Of a DNA stretch of 64,000 nt, positions 19,308 to 29,568 are shown piece by piece. Source of the stretch: an uncultured Actinomycetes bacterium (GTDB lineage Bacteria > SZUA-79 > Acidulodesulfobacterales > Acidulodesulfobacteraceae); assembly GCA_964631685.1 (NCBI GenBank), contig CAZVZU010000001.1:246366-310365 (forward strand). Reading direction: 5' to 3'. The first letter of the stretch is position 1, and each line of letters starts with the position of its first letter. The position numbers and the translations under genes are program-made. A model generated the notes under the pieces. The model ran no database searches. It was not told the DNA's origin and was given only the letters and a program-made list of their open reading frames with translations.

Positions 19308-21206
19308 TTAATCTATTTTTGCCAATTTGGACTTTACGGACCATAGCATAAGTATCATAGCTTCCGTCTTAGAAAGCCTCCCCTTGCCGTTTTTAATTTT
19401 GTTAACTATATCCATAATAGAGATCCTTCCTTTGTTCGTAAAGTCCAAAAGCAGGTTGTGAAGTTCCGCGTTATTTTCGGTTTCTTTAAGGAGTTTTAAC
19501 ATATTTTCACGCCTTGAAAAAAATTTCTGCTTAATAGCGTCATAAGAATTTAAAAGTATTATATTCATCATCTCTGACACCCTTTGTTCATATGTATGTT
19601 CATTTCTAACGGTTTTATACCCATGCTCGGCAATAGCAGTTCTTTCATCTTCGTTCTTAAGATAGTATCTTAGCTTTTTTCTTAAATCATCTACGCTTTT
19701 AAAGACCACAAGGTCTTTCCCGTCTTCAAAAGCACCATTTAAATATTTGCGCTCATCAACAAGCTGAAATCCTCCGCAACCTAAAATTTCATACACACGC
19801 GGGTTTAAAAAATCGCCGTTTGCATTAATATCCCAATGCCACATAGATGAATGAAGGTTTATGTTTATTGTAGAATAATTATATATTTTCACCACATCTT
19901 TCTCTGTAAAGCGCTTGCCGCCATTTTGCATTAAAGAACTTAACGGCATATCTACTAACCAGTCGTTGCCCCAAATTTTAAAATTAAAATCCATCAATCG
20001 AGCAAAAACATTTTTTCTGTTAAAATAACCTGCACCTGCAAAACTCACGTCGCTACCATATTTTTTTTCATCCTCGCTATTCCTTTCTGCGATTTTATTG
20101 TGCAATGCAGGTAAACAAGCAAGCGGAAGATAGTAAAAATTATTTAATCCTATATTTTTTAGTTCTTTAAAAAAATCATCTTTCTGTATTGTAAAAAAAT
20201 AGTCGACATGCTTTGCAATGCTATTCCAGTATGTAAATGTGCGGAAATCTTCTACGAACCAATATGCCGTTTGTATCCCCATGCGCCTAAGCTTAGCAAT
20301 AACCCTTTCGGTAACCGGAGACTGCGCCATAAAAAGCACCATATCCGGCGGTTCGTTAAGCACCGCCGACAGTAACGCTTCAGACATAAGATTTGCAAAC
20401 ATCTGTCTTAGTGAATTTATATGATCTTCATTTTGGGTAAAATTATCCAAATATTTGTAACCATCATAAAATTTAGCAAAGTCCATAGTCTTAGCATCAT
20501 ATCCGCAGTTTAAAAAAGCCTCACATATATAATTTCCTATTGTCGAAGAACCTCCGTACATGGGCTGAACCACCAAAATACGAAAAGAAGAAGGGTTAAA
20601 AAATTGATTTATATTAAAAGTCTTATATATTAAATCATAAATATCGGAAAAAATATTTTTATAAGAAGAGAGCTCACAAAATAGTAGGTCTGTTTCTTTA
20701 AGCATTAACCTTTCTTGCAGACGCGAGGTATCAGATATATCTATTGTTTCTGTTTCAGGTACAAAAAGATCTATCTTATTGTTCAATAAATCTGCAATAT
20801 CACAACTGTGCAGTATGAAATTAAGAGATTCTATAGATGGTTCGAATACGGAAATTTTCATAGGATTACTCTCAGCATGCAAATCTATTTTTCCAAGCCG
20901 GTTTTCAAGTAATTTTATCAACTCCCTTATATGGTAACCGAAGCCTAAACCGAAAATAATAATCCTTCTATTCTCATCGCGCAACCTATCCGATATAGAC
21001 ATTGCCCATTTTTTTCCCTCAGAGATGGGATTATATAAAGAATGTACGGTTATTCCGTTAATTTTGAAAGAGGGGATGCTATCTACCTTTAACGCTATAG
21101 ATTCAAAGTTTAAATTTAATCCGGACAAACTGGGAGACAAAAGCCTTTTAAAAAGTATCGGATCTATTTTTTTTACCACTGCTATATTTTTTTCAAAATA
21201 ATCCAT
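19308..21206 (-). CDS. Maf-like N-terminus + CgeB/DUF3880-type glycosyltransferase (probable flagellin modification)
   Basis: VHSLYNP..EG, IFGLGFGYH; YLPLA, NPRVYEILGCGGF, HTYEQR. Confidence 0.8.
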   Translation of the reverse strand: MDYFEKNIAVVKKIDPILFKRLLSPSLSGLNLNFESIALKVDSIPSFKINGITVHSLYNPISEGKKWAMSISDRLRDENRRIIIFGLGFGYHIRELIKLLENRLGKIDLHAESNPMKISVFEPSIESLNFILHSCDIADLLNNKIDLFVPETETIDISDTSRLQERLMLKETDLLFCELSSYKNIFSDIYDLIYKTFNINQFFNPSSFRILVVQPMYGGSSTIGNYICEAFLNCGYDAKTMDFAKFYDGYKYLDNFTQNEDHINSLRQMFANLMSEALLSAVLNEPPDMVLFMAQSPVTERVIAKLRRMGIQTAYWFVEDFRTFTYWNSIAKHVDYFFTIQKDDFFKELKNIGLNNFYYLPLACLPALHNKIAERNSEDEKKYGSDVSFAGAGYFNRKNVFARLMDFNFKIWGNDWLVDMPLSSLMQNGGKRFTEKDVVKIYNYSTININLHSSMWHWDINANGDFLNPRVYEILGCGGFQLVDERKYLNGAFEDGKDLVVFKSVDDLRKKLRYYLKNEDERTAIAEHGYKTVRNEHTYEQRVSEMMNIILLNSYDAIKQKFFSRRENMLKLLKETENNAELHNLLLDFTNKGRISIMDIVNKIKNGKGRLSKTEAMILMLWSVKSKLAKID

Positions 21207-21238
21207 GAAACCCTCTTTTTGTTTTAAGTACATATCCT

Positions 21239-22945
21239 TTACAATTGCTTCAAAATACCTATGGCATTACCAAAAAGCAATATCATATCATCAAAGACAT
21301 TTGTCGCAACATCAATATTTTTTGAATTTTCAAAAGTTACCTCGTTCACAAAATAATCTGATAAAAGTTTTAAATACCCATAATTATTTCCCAATAACTT
21401 AACAAATTCCTTAAATTTGCTAAAATATGACGCATTACAGTTATTGTTCTGTATGAAGACTTGTTTGCCATTTTCAAAAACATTCCTAATAAATAACAAT
21501 TCCGATATTAGCGTATTTACAATAACCCGATTTATTTTATAATATCTTTTGCAACATTTCAAAATTTTATCGATATCCAATTCCACATTTTTTCTTGAAA
21601 ATATATATATCCAACCAGGCTTCAGTACTTCAGATGCCAAATCATTTTTACAAATCTCCTTTTTTGATAGAGGATAGTAATGGATAAAACCGACATGTTC
21701 GCAGAAACTCACATCAAAATTATTATTTCTTATCCTAACAGCAAGACTATTTTCGACAGAATCAGGTTCAGTGTCCCTATCCGACGACAATGGCTTCCTA
21801 CTCCTTTTTATTGTTAACTTTGCCAATTCAAAAACATCATTCGGGTCTATATCCTTCTTGCACGCGAAATTAAATCTACAAGGCTCTTTTTCTATACAGG
21901 GATAACAATCAGCTTTTGAATATATAACGATTGATTTTCTTAAATGTGGTCCTGTTTCATAAAAATTGGCATTTCCAATAAAGATAGAAACGGATGGAAT
22001 ATTAAAAATTTGAGCTATGTGAAGCGTACCCGTATCCGATGAGATTATAAGATCGAAATTCTTTATTGCATGAATAAATTCATTTAAAGATGTTTTTCCT
22101 GTTATATCTATTAGATGTTTTGAAATTTTAGCGGGAAGATAATTTTTAATTTCTGCGGTAACGTTTATATCATTTGTTGCACCAACAAGGGTAATCTCAC
22201 AACCTAAATTTTCAATTAAAAGCTCAATAAGCTTAGCATAGGAACTAATATTCCATATCCTTTTTTCGGATGACGCTCCAGTCGAAATGCAAACTCTAAT
22301 TTTATCGTAATTTCTATTAATATATTTAATACCGGTAGCTATCTTATGATCTTCAATGTCCTGATTTGTCCTTGAATCTAAAAAATGGTAACTATCTTTT
22401 AATTTTGCCGGCATATTTAATCCCATTAATGAAAAAATATCCACTATATTGATCGTATTCAAGCTACGATTTTTAACGGAATTAAAAAAATAATTGGCAA
22501 TACCTTTTCGTAAAACAGCCGTGGATGTTTTGGATGATTTATTAAGAGACATAAAACCTTTTTTTTCGGCTCTCTCAAAAAAATCGAGCAAAAGACTAGT
22601 GCGAATATCATAATTAAGATTCACCACTAAATCATATTGCATTGAAAATGCGGCAAGATAAGATTTGAAGTAGTTCAGGAAAACAAAAAAATCAGAGGGA
22701 TCAAGATCGCGTAAAAAAAAAGGATCACCGTCACAACCTCCGGAAACTAATTCTCTAAAGGTTATAAGATTTATATTTTTATTAAATAAATCCCTTATGC
22801 CGGATATACTATCATCTACTAGTACATCTAATCTTCCGCCGGACTCAGCGCATAATTCATATAGGCTGTTTAACAACGGAATAGACTGAAAAAAATCCCC
22901 AATCCTTCTTACTTGAAAAACAAATATATTTTTGATAACCATCAA
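21239..22945 (-). CDS. Glycosyltransferase family 9
   Basis: RRIGDFFQS, GASSEKRIW, GKTS, SDTGTLH, ETGP; paralogue of 17562-19304. Confidence 0.88.
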   Translation of the reverse strand: MMVIKNIFVFQVRRIGDFFQSIPLLNSLYELCAESGGRLDVLVDDSISGIRDLFNKNINLITFRELVSGGCDGDPFFLRDLDPSDFFVFLNYFKSYLAAFSMQYDLVVNLNYDIRTSLLLDFFERAEKKGFMSLNKSSKTSTAVLRKGIANYFFNSVKNRSLNTINIVDIFSLMGLNMPAKLKDSYHFLDSRTNQDIEDHKIATGIKYINRNYDKIRVCISTGASSEKRIWNISSYAKLIELLIENLGCEITLVGATNDINVTAEIKNYLPAKISKHLIDITGKTSLNEFIHAIKNFDLIISSDTGTLHIAQIFNIPSVSIFIGNANFYETGPHLRKSIVIYSKADCYPCIEKEPCRFNFACKKDIDPNDVFELAKLTIKRSRKPLSSDRDTEPDSVENSLAVRIRNNNFDVSFCEHVGFIHYYPLSKKEICKNDLASEVLKPGWIYIFSRKNVELDIDKILKCCKRYYKINRVIVNTLISELLFIRNVFENGKQVFIQNNNCNASYFSKFKEFVKLLGNNYGYLKLLSDYFVNEVTFENSKNIDVATNVFDDMILLFGNAIGILKQL

Positions 22946-22950
22946 TCAAA

Positions 22951-23376
22951 CTAAGCCGTAATTCTAGAGTCAACATCAAAAGAAGTCTCCGCAGATACGT
23001 TTTTCTTTCTTTCTTTTTCTATTATAACCCTCCAACCGCTTAAAAGATTTTTGAGTATAATAACGGATTCGTCCAACTTATATGCATCTTTCTTTAAATT
23101 AGCCGTGGTTAAATGATATGATAGAAAGGTGTAAAGTTTATTGAGATTTTTAGCCGTTTCGCCGCCTTTTTTCATATCAAGCCTTAGATTAAGCTCATTA
23201 ATTATAGCAACAGCATTAGATATATTTATAGATTTTCCAGCATAATCACCTTGGGCAAGCTTTTCTTGAGCTATTTCGATAAAGCTTATTGCCCCTTCAT
23301 AAGCCATAATAATAAGAGTTCCTTGATCTACCGTAGAAACCTGGACACTTTCATATTGAGATGCTCCACCTATCAT
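22951..23376 (-). CDS. fliS: Flagellar export chaperone FliS
   Basis: LIIMAYEGAI, L..LD...GGE.A.NL..LY; follows fliD. Confidence 0.93.
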   Translation of the reverse strand: MIGGASQYESVQVSTVDQGTLIIMAYEGAISFIEIAQEKLAQGDYAGKSINISNAVAIINELNLRLDMKKGGETAKNLNKLYTFLSYHLTTANLKKDAYKLDESVIILKNLLSGWRVIIEKERKKNVSAETSFDVDSRITA

Positions 23377-23414
23377 AACAAGTCTAACCTCCGTAAAAAA
23401 TTATTTTTAGAATA

Positions 23415-25199
23415 TCACCATGTAGGTAACTGTTTTATTGAATTAGCCAACGATGAACTAGTACTTTTCATCTTTCCTATATACGATTCCAATTGTGAAA
23501 ATTCTTGCGTGTATACCCCCATTTGTCGCTTTACCAAAGATTGCTGAAGCGATATCTGGCTATTCATATTAGTAAGCTGCGTATTAATTTGTGACTCCTC
23601 GAATTGAACAATTCCATCTGCCGGATTAGTATAAGTGTCTAAAAAATTAGACAAACCACCCGGTCCGGAAACACCGTTTGCGCTTGAAGAACCATTCACC
23701 AATGCACTGAAAAATTGCTGTACTTGTTGAGGGTTAGTATTTAGCACATTATTCAAAGTAGAATCGTCAAGCGTAAGCTGTCCAGATCCATCAGAATTGG
23801 ACGTTATTCCGTATGTACTTGCAAGTCCACTGCTCCCCGACAATGTCGGAGCTTCATTACCCATAAGGCTATATAAAGAATCGGCGAGACTCCTAAGCGA
23901 AGCATTGCTTCCTAATGGACCAACAGATTTTGTTTTTGAATCATATTTTTCTTGAGATGATACATCACCTATAAGCTTATTGTATGCGGTTACAAAACTA
24001 TTTACCGACGAATCTATAGTCTGCGTATCTATACCCACCGCTATGGAAGCCGAACCAACGGATAATAAATTCAAGGTAACACCGGGAATAGCATCAGTAA
24101 CCGTATTAGTCTGGCTTGTGATATAAGTATTTCCATAATCTATGACTGCATTCTGTGCTGTACGCATTGTAGGATTAAACACATCCATAGAAAAAGAATC
24201 TCCCGCGGTTAAAGTCTGTCCATTTGTCACGGAAAGCTCAATTCCATTGTTTGTCGAGTTAGAGACGGTTGAACCATCAATATAGTAAGGAGTCGTGCCT
24301 GTTTCTGATGATGGAATAGTAAAACTTCCGCTTAGACCGGAAGCGCTTGACCAGTTTATAGAAATCGCATTCGTCCCCACTGTTTGAGTTCCGGTACCAC
24401 CAACAGTAAATGTGTACGTTTGGCTTAGTGTGCCAGTGTAAGTCCCTGTAGCTGTTGGAATGGTATCTGTAGAATTAACGGGATTGCCTGAATTCCAGTA
24501 AGTGGGGTTCATCACCGTTGTATTTAAATTAAGATTAGCTGTTCCTCCCGAAAGAGTATTATTGATAGTAATAGCACTATTTGTTCCCGTAGTACTACTG
24601 GTCAAGACAAGCCTATATGGGTTATTAGAACTACCATCGCTGATAATTGCAGCGCTTACTCCAGCATTTGCATTATTTACCGTTTGCGCAAGATCCTGAA
24701 GCGTGTATCCCGTGGTAGAATCCAACACAACATTGGTCGTCGTGCCGTTAACTGTAATACCAAAAGTACCAGTACCATTTCCCACTGTAGTCGAAGTAGA
24801 CGCAATTCCTTGAGAAGCGACCTCTGCCGATTGCGCAAGTTGCGAAACAGCAAAAGAGTAGTTTCCGGGAATAGCTGAAGATGAAGCCGTCGCGGTGGCA
24901 ACCGATGTATTATTAGATGTAGCGGTATATGTTGTGAATAGCGAAGGCTGACCCAGCGCCGTCGTGGCAGAACCTAAACTTGTAATATCGGAGCTTATAG
25001 CATTCCACGCAGAAAGTCTATTATTTAAAGGGGTCTCTTGTTGCTGCATCAGAGTTATAGGCATGGATAAACTCTTGTCCAGAGCCTCAAGTATCGCCTC
25101 ATAGTTAATTCCAGAGGACGGACCTGTACCTAATACTATCAGTCCTTGATTTGGATACGAACCCGCAATTAAAGAACTACTCGCAGAAGATATTGACAT
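23415..25199 (-). CDS. fliD: Flagellar filament cap FliD
   Basis: SGINY, VSQLAQ, YRLVLTS, N..TDAIPGVTLNL, FV.AYN, C-terminal coiled coil. Confidence 0.93.
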   Translation of the reverse strand: MSISSASSSLIAGSYPNQGLIVLGTGPSSGINYEAILEALDKSLSMPITLMQQQETPLNNRLSAWNAISSDITSLGSATTALGQPSLFTTYTATSNNTSVATATASSSAIPGNYSFAVSQLAQSAEVASQGIASTSTTVGNGTGTFGITVNGTTTNVVLDSTTGYTLQDLAQTVNNANAGVSAAIISDGSSNNPYRLVLTSSTTGTNSAITINNTLSGGTANLNLNTTVMNPTYWNSGNPVNSTDTIPTATGTYTGTLSQTYTFTVGGTGTQTVGTNAISINWSSASGLSGSFTIPSSETGTTPYYIDGSTVSNSTNNGIELSVTNGQTLTAGDSFSMDVFNPTMRTAQNAVIDYGNTYITSQTNTVTDAIPGVTLNLLSVGSASIAVGIDTQTIDSSVNSFVTAYNKLIGDVSSQEKYDSKTKSVGPLGSNASLRSLADSLYSLMGNEAPTLSGSSGLASTYGITSNSDGSGQLTLDDSTLNNVLNTNPQQVQQFFSALVNGSSSANGVSGPGGLSNFLDTYTNPADGIVQFEESQINTQLTNMNSQISLQQSLVKRQMGVYTQEFSQLESYIGKMKSTSSSLANSIKQLPTW

Positions 25200-25237
25200 T
25201 TTATGCTACTCCTAAAATTATATATAGCTTATCAAAT

Positions 25238-25654
25238 TTACAACTTTTTACTATAAAGCATACCTTTGTGATAATTAGGCATTATTTCTAAAACCTGCTC
25301 CGGGGGAACCTGTGCGATAACCTTTCCCGTTTTAAAATCAACTATATCTAAGACCGTGCCACCTACCTTATAATTCCACTTAAACAACATAGCTACGGAA
25401 AGCATTGGGGCAGGATTAATATCCGCTCTTATTTGCTTTTTTAAATCTTTTACTTCTTTTGCAGCGCTTTTTGTTATCTTATCCACAGAAGTCCGAGACA
25501 TTCCATGTTCTTTGGTGATATCATCATTCTTAATTATTTTAATGCCATTATTATCCTTAGTAGCATTAACCGAGCCCCTAAAATTACCAAACCTACCCGT
25601 GTTGCCCATCTTTTGTAAACTCAAAAAGCCCAAATTCAAAGACGGCTGACTCAT
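25238..25654 (-). CDS. flaG: FlaG-family flagellar protein
   Basis: IVDFKTGKVIAQVPPEQVL motif; between fliC and fliD. Confidence 0.8.
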   Translation of the reverse strand: MSQPSLNLGFLSLQKMGNTGRFGNFRGSVNATKDNNGIKIIKNDDITKEHGMSRTSVDKITKSAAKEVKDLKKQIRADINPAPMLSVAMLFKWNYKVGGTVLDIVDFKTGKVIAQVPPEQVLEIMPNYHKGMLYSKKL

Positions 25655-25687
25655 AGTAACTTTCCCCTTATTTATCTACGCAACCTC

Positions 25688-25721
25688 AGCGGGAATAGAA
25701 ATAATTATCCCCATCCCCGCT
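25688..25721 (-). terminator. Stem-loop downstream of fliC
   Basis: About 16-bp stem with G-U pairs that forms only on the minus transcript; no U-tract. Confidence 0.5.
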
Positions 25722-25740
25722 TCAATTACATATTCATATA

Positions 25741-26622
25741 TTACTTTAAAAGGGTCAAAAGTCCCTGCGGAACCATAGACGCCTGTGAAAGCATAGCTTC
25801 ACCTGATTGAGCCAACGTAGAAAGTAGTGTGAAATGAGACATTTCCTTTGCAAAGTTAACATCCATTATATTGCTGTACGCTGCCTGTGTATTAGTCCCT
25901 TCAGTCTGAAGGTTTGCCATGATCTGCGTAACCCTGTTCTGATAAGAACCTAGTTGTCCGCTAATAGCTGCAACCTGGGTAACAGCAGCCTGCACCGTAG
26001 AAAGAGCAATTAGTGCCGATCCACCAGTTAAGCTAACAGATTGCAAAGATGTGGTAACTGCACCGCCACTTTGTAAGCCGATCAAATTTGCAGCAACACC
26101 AGCAATAGAAACAGAAATCTGGCTCTGCGTTGTATTCGCACTAGTTCCAATCTGAAATGTAAAAGCACTCAGGGTTGCGGCTACTGTGCCTGCGGATGCA
26201 TTCAAAAGATGCAATCCGTTGAACGAAGTAGAATCTGCTATCTGCGTAATTTCTGAAGCAAGCTGCGAAAACTCACTATTCAACGCACTCAAGTTGGCCG
26301 CGCTGTTAGTGCCGTTAGCAGCATTGGTAGCAAGAGTCTGCATAGTGCCAAGCATGCTTTGTATAGTTGATAACGCGCCAGAGGCAATGTTTATCATTGA
26401 ATTACCGTTATTAGCATTCGATGAAGCCTGAGCAATACCAAGGCCGGTAGCATTTAACCCCTGAGCTATCTCGTACCCTGCAGGATTAACCCATGCGCCG
26501 GTAATCTTTAAACCGCTGGAGAGCCTATTTAATGACTCGCCAAGAGCATTGTTAGTGTTTTGAAGATTGTTTTCTGCAACAACTGCAGACTGGTTGGAAT
26601 TAATAAATAAACCGTTGTACAT
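25741..26622 (-). CDS. fliC: Flagellin
   Basis: RLSSGLKI, FNG, FQIG, LGSYQNR, SNIMDVNFAKEMS, AMLSQA; ATG 26622 after GGAGG. Confidence 0.95.
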   Translation of the reverse strand: MYNGLFINSNQSAVVAENNLQNTNNALGESLNRLSSGLKITGAWVNPAGYEIAQGLNATGLGIAQASSNANNGNSMINIASGALSTIQSMLGTMQTLATNAANGTNSAANLSALNSEFSQLASEITQIADSTSFNGLHLLNASAGTVAATLSAFTFQIGTSANTTQSQISVSIAGVAANLIGLQSGGAVTTSLQSVSLTGGSALIALSTVQAAVTQVAAISGQLGSYQNRVTQIMANLQTEGTNTQAAYSNIMDVNFAKEMSHFTLLSTLAQSGEAMLSQASMVPQGLLTLLK

Positions 26623-26624
26623 TT

Positions 26625-26666
26625 TTTTATCCTCCGTGATAAAATTATTCCGGCTTCCGTGCCGAA
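26625..26666 (-). promoter_or_regulatory. Two CsrA-type ACGGA hairpins in the fliC leader, one covering the SD
   Basis: TTCGGC-ACGGAA-GCCGGA and TTTTATC-ACGGAG-GATAAAA stem-loops. Confidence 0.7.
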
Positions 26667-26797
26667 AGTTGAATTTCAAAAATTAAGACTCTAAGAACGC
26701 GTATTACGAACCTAAGCAATCACCTCCCTTTGTTTTCATTAATAAACTATCATTCTCAAAAAAAACAATCGCCCTACACGTACCTTGTCTCTTTTAT

Positions 26798-26824
26798 TCA
26801 TCGTCATTTTAAAATTAAACTTTA
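26798..26824 (-). promoter_or_regulatory. Sigma28 (FliA) promoter of fliC
   Basis: TAAAGTTT-N11-GACGATGA versus consensus TAAAGTTT-N11-GCCGATAA. Confidence 0.8.
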
Positions 26825-27424
26825 ATTTTTCAACAAGCCCTTAACAAAAATTCCTATTTCTTCGGCAACACCATGTAACGATAAACCGTCAGTATAAATT
26901 ATGATATCTGCTTTTTTATAAAATTTCTCACGCTCAAAAAGCCTATCTTCAATATCTTTTTCACTAAAACCATCTTTTCCTAATACCGGACGATTTTTTT
27001 CCGCTTTTATCCTTTGATATATAGTTTTGTTGCTGGTTTTGAGGTAGATCACAAAACCCATTTTTTTTAGTATCACGAGGTTGTTATTATAAATAGGCGC
27101 ACCTCCACCGGTAGAAATCACCCATAACCTATCCTTCTCGTTAAATATCAAGTTATCCGATTTTTCGGTTACATCAACGAACTTTTTTAAGCAATCAAAA
27201 AAAACCCCTTCACTCTCTCCAAGTGTTTGTAAAATATTGCTTTCTAACTCTCTAAAATAGGTCTCACCTTTTTGTTTAAATATTTCGTTAATGGTTACGC
27301 CTTCATGACTTTCTAAGACAAAATCCAGATCTATAAAATTAAAACCGTGTTTCTTCGATAGAAGCTTGCCTATTTCAGTTTTACCAGCCCCCATAAATCC
27401 TGTCAGTATTATATTATTTTTCAT
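26822..27424 (-). CDS. aroK: Shikimate kinase
   Basis: GFMGAGKT, FIDLD, GETYFRELE, ISTGGG, RP. Confidence 0.95.
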   Translation of the reverse strand: MKNNIILTGFMGAGKTEIGKLLSKKHGFNFIDLDFVLESHEGVTINEIFKQKGETYFRELESNILQTLGESEGVFFDCLKKFVDVTEKSDNLIFNEKDRLWVISTGGGAPIYNNNLVILKKMGFVIYLKTSNKTIYQRIKAEKNRPVLGKDGFSEKDIEDRLFEREKFYKKADIIIYTDGLSLHGVAEEIGIFVKGLLKN

Positions 27425-27452
27425 TTATATATACTTTTTTCACCTCTAATTA

Positions 27453-28679
27453 TTATTTACTGTGAACACGCGTCATATATCCTTCGTAATTTTGTTTGAT
27501 ATCTTTCAGGTTATCCCCCCCAAACTTCTTAAGAAAAAAAACACAAATAGAAAACGTCAATGCAGCTTCTCCGACAATGGAAGCAGCAGGAACGGCGCAA
27601 ACATCCGAACGCTCACGAAACGCCTTCTCGGCCTTTCCTGTTTCTAAATCTATAGTATCTAGGTACGACTTCATAAGTGTGGGAATAGGTTTCATTGCAC
27701 ATTTAACGCTAATAATTTCCCCATTAGACATTCCGCCTTCTATGCCACCGGCATTATTCGTTTTTCTTGAATATCTTTTGCCCTCTTTGTCTGATTTATC
27801 TGAATAGATTGAATCTTGATAACGAGACCCCTCCGCATAACCGGATTCAATCCCTAAACCTATCCCAACACTCTTGATAGCTTGAATACTCATTAGAGAC
27901 ATTGCTATATGGCCATCTAATTTTTCGTCCCACTGGGTAAAACTACCCAAGCCAATCGGAACATCCTTGGCCTGAATTATAAAGATGCCACCAAGCGTGT
28001 CTCCTGCTTTCTTCATCTCATCGATTAATGACTTAATCCTTCCTTCGGACTCAGGATAAGGCATGCGGAGTGAAGATTTTTCAATATTTTGCCTTATGGT
28101 ATCGTCAAAAAGATTAATATTTGCATTGTTAGACAAACAAGTGTCTGATGAAAAATTATCCGTATGACATCTCAACCCTTTTTTTATTCCACCAATACTG
28201 AGCACCGCCGAAGCAAACTCAATACCGAAATTTTTCAAAAATAGCTGACATATCGCACCCACGGCAACCCTTGAGGCAGTCTCCCTAGCACTTGAACGCT
28301 CAATAACATTTCTTATGTCGTCAAGATCGTATTTTAGAGAACCGGCAAAATCCGCGTGACCAGGTCTTGGGATATGAAGCTGACTCTCTTTCGGGACAGG
28401 TTTATATACATCCATCTTCTCCCGCCAATTTTCATAATCCTTATTTTTTATGAAAAAAGAAATAGGTGAACCGGTCGTATAACCGCCCCTAACCCCAGAT
28501 AAAAATTCTATTCTGTCTGTTTCTATTTTTTGTCTTGCCCCCCTGCCATAACCAGACTGTCTTAACGCTAACTTTCCATTAATAAAATCCTCGTCTATTT
28601 TAATCCCTGCCGGAAAATTATCCATTATAGCAATGAGTTCTTTTCCGTGAGATTCCCCTGCCGTAAAAAATCTAAGCAT
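27453..28679 (-). CDS. aroC: Chorismate synthase
   Basis: TAGESHG, PRPGHAD, RSSARETA, GGIEGGMSNG, KPIPTL, RSDVC. Confidence 0.97.
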   Translation of the reverse strand: MLRFFTAGESHGKELIAIMDNFPAGIKIDEDFINGKLALRQSGYGRGARQKIETDRIEFLSGVRGGYTTGSPISFFIKNKDYENWREKMDVYKPVPKESQLHIPRPGHADFAGSLKYDLDDIRNVIERSSARETASRVAVGAICQLFLKNFGIEFASAVLSIGGIKKGLRCHTDNFSSDTCLSNNANINLFDDTIRQNIEKSSLRMPYPESEGRIKSLIDEMKKAGDTLGGIFIIQAKDVPIGLGSFTQWDEKLDGHIAMSLMSIQAIKSVGIGLGIESGYAEGSRYQDSIYSDKSDKEGKRYSRKTNNAGGIEGGMSNGEIISVKCAMKPIPTLMKSYLDTIDLETGKAEKAFRERSDVCAVPAASIVGEAALTFSICVFFLKKFGGDNLKDIKQNYEGYMTRVHSK

Positions 28680-28722
28680 ATATTCTCCTAATAAGGTGTT
28701 AATTTAGTATTAAGTCAAGATA

Positions 28723-29568
28723 CTATTTTTCAATCATCGCATAAGCATTATGGTTATGTATGCTTTCAAAATTTTCCGCCTCTACCCTGAACCACTTAAT
28801 GTTTTCGTTCTTCTTTAGAATGCCGGCTACGCATCTTGCCACATCCTCGACAAACATTGGGTTTTCATAAGCATGTTCTGTCAAAAACCTTTCATCCGCT
28901 CTCTTTAAGAGCGAATACACTGGCGCGCTTGCGCAAGATTCAACATCGGCTATTATATCCTCAAACCATATAAGCTTGGAGAATTCAAGTGATACCGAAA
29001 CTACCCCCCGTTGATTATGAGCGCCATATTTCGATATCTCTTTAGAACAAGGACAGAGTGTATTAATAGGAACCCTGACACCTATTTTAATAACGCTCTC
29101 TTCATTTTCTCTTTGATCCTCTTTTTTGTTTATGTCGTAATCTTCGTTACCTTTGAACTCTTTACCTATATTGGCATCTCTAGCCCTTATAGTTCCGTTA
29201 TAATAACAAACATACTCCATTAAACTTCTTTTTCCACTAATGGGAGCAGCCTTTTCAATAAAATAGGGAAATTCCATTTCAATAGAGGCAGAATTAGCAT
29301 TTAAAACTCTTTTAATTTTTCTTAGAATATCGGGAAACTTAATAATGCTTATTTCCCCTCTGTACTCGTTTAAAACTTCAAGGAAGCGACTCATATGAGT
29401 GCCTTTAAAATAATGAGGAAGATCCACATACATATTGACATTCGCTATAGTATGTTGGAGAGATTTTTTTTTATCCAGAACGGAAATAGGGTAATTAAGG
29501 TTTTTTATCCCTACCTTGTTTATGGCTATACCTCTTTTGTCTTTTGAATTTTGAATATCTTTCAACAT
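28723..29568 (-). CDS. folE2: GTP cyclohydrolase I type IB (FolE2)
   Basis: KGTHMSRF, TLCPCSK, AHNQR, NPMFVED, ESIHNHNA. Confidence 0.95.
   Translation of the reverse strand: MLKDIQNSKDKRGIAINKVGIKNLNYPISVLDKKKSLQHTIANVNMYVDLPHYFKGTHMSRFLEVLNEYRGEISIIKFPDILRKIKRVLNANSASIEMEFPYFIEKAAPISGKRSLMEYVCYYNGTIRARDANIGKEFKGNEDYDINKKEDQRENEESVIKIGVRVPINTLCPCSKEISKYGAHNQRGVVSVSLEFSKLIWFEDIIADVESCASAPVYSLLKRADERFLTEHAYENPMFVEDVARCVAGILKKNENIKWFRVEAENFESIHNHNAYAMIEK

Noticed and set aside
26645..26730. 24-codon uORF after GGGAGGTGA in the fliC leader
   Set aside because: SD-to-TTG spacing is too short; more likely another GGA regulatory site
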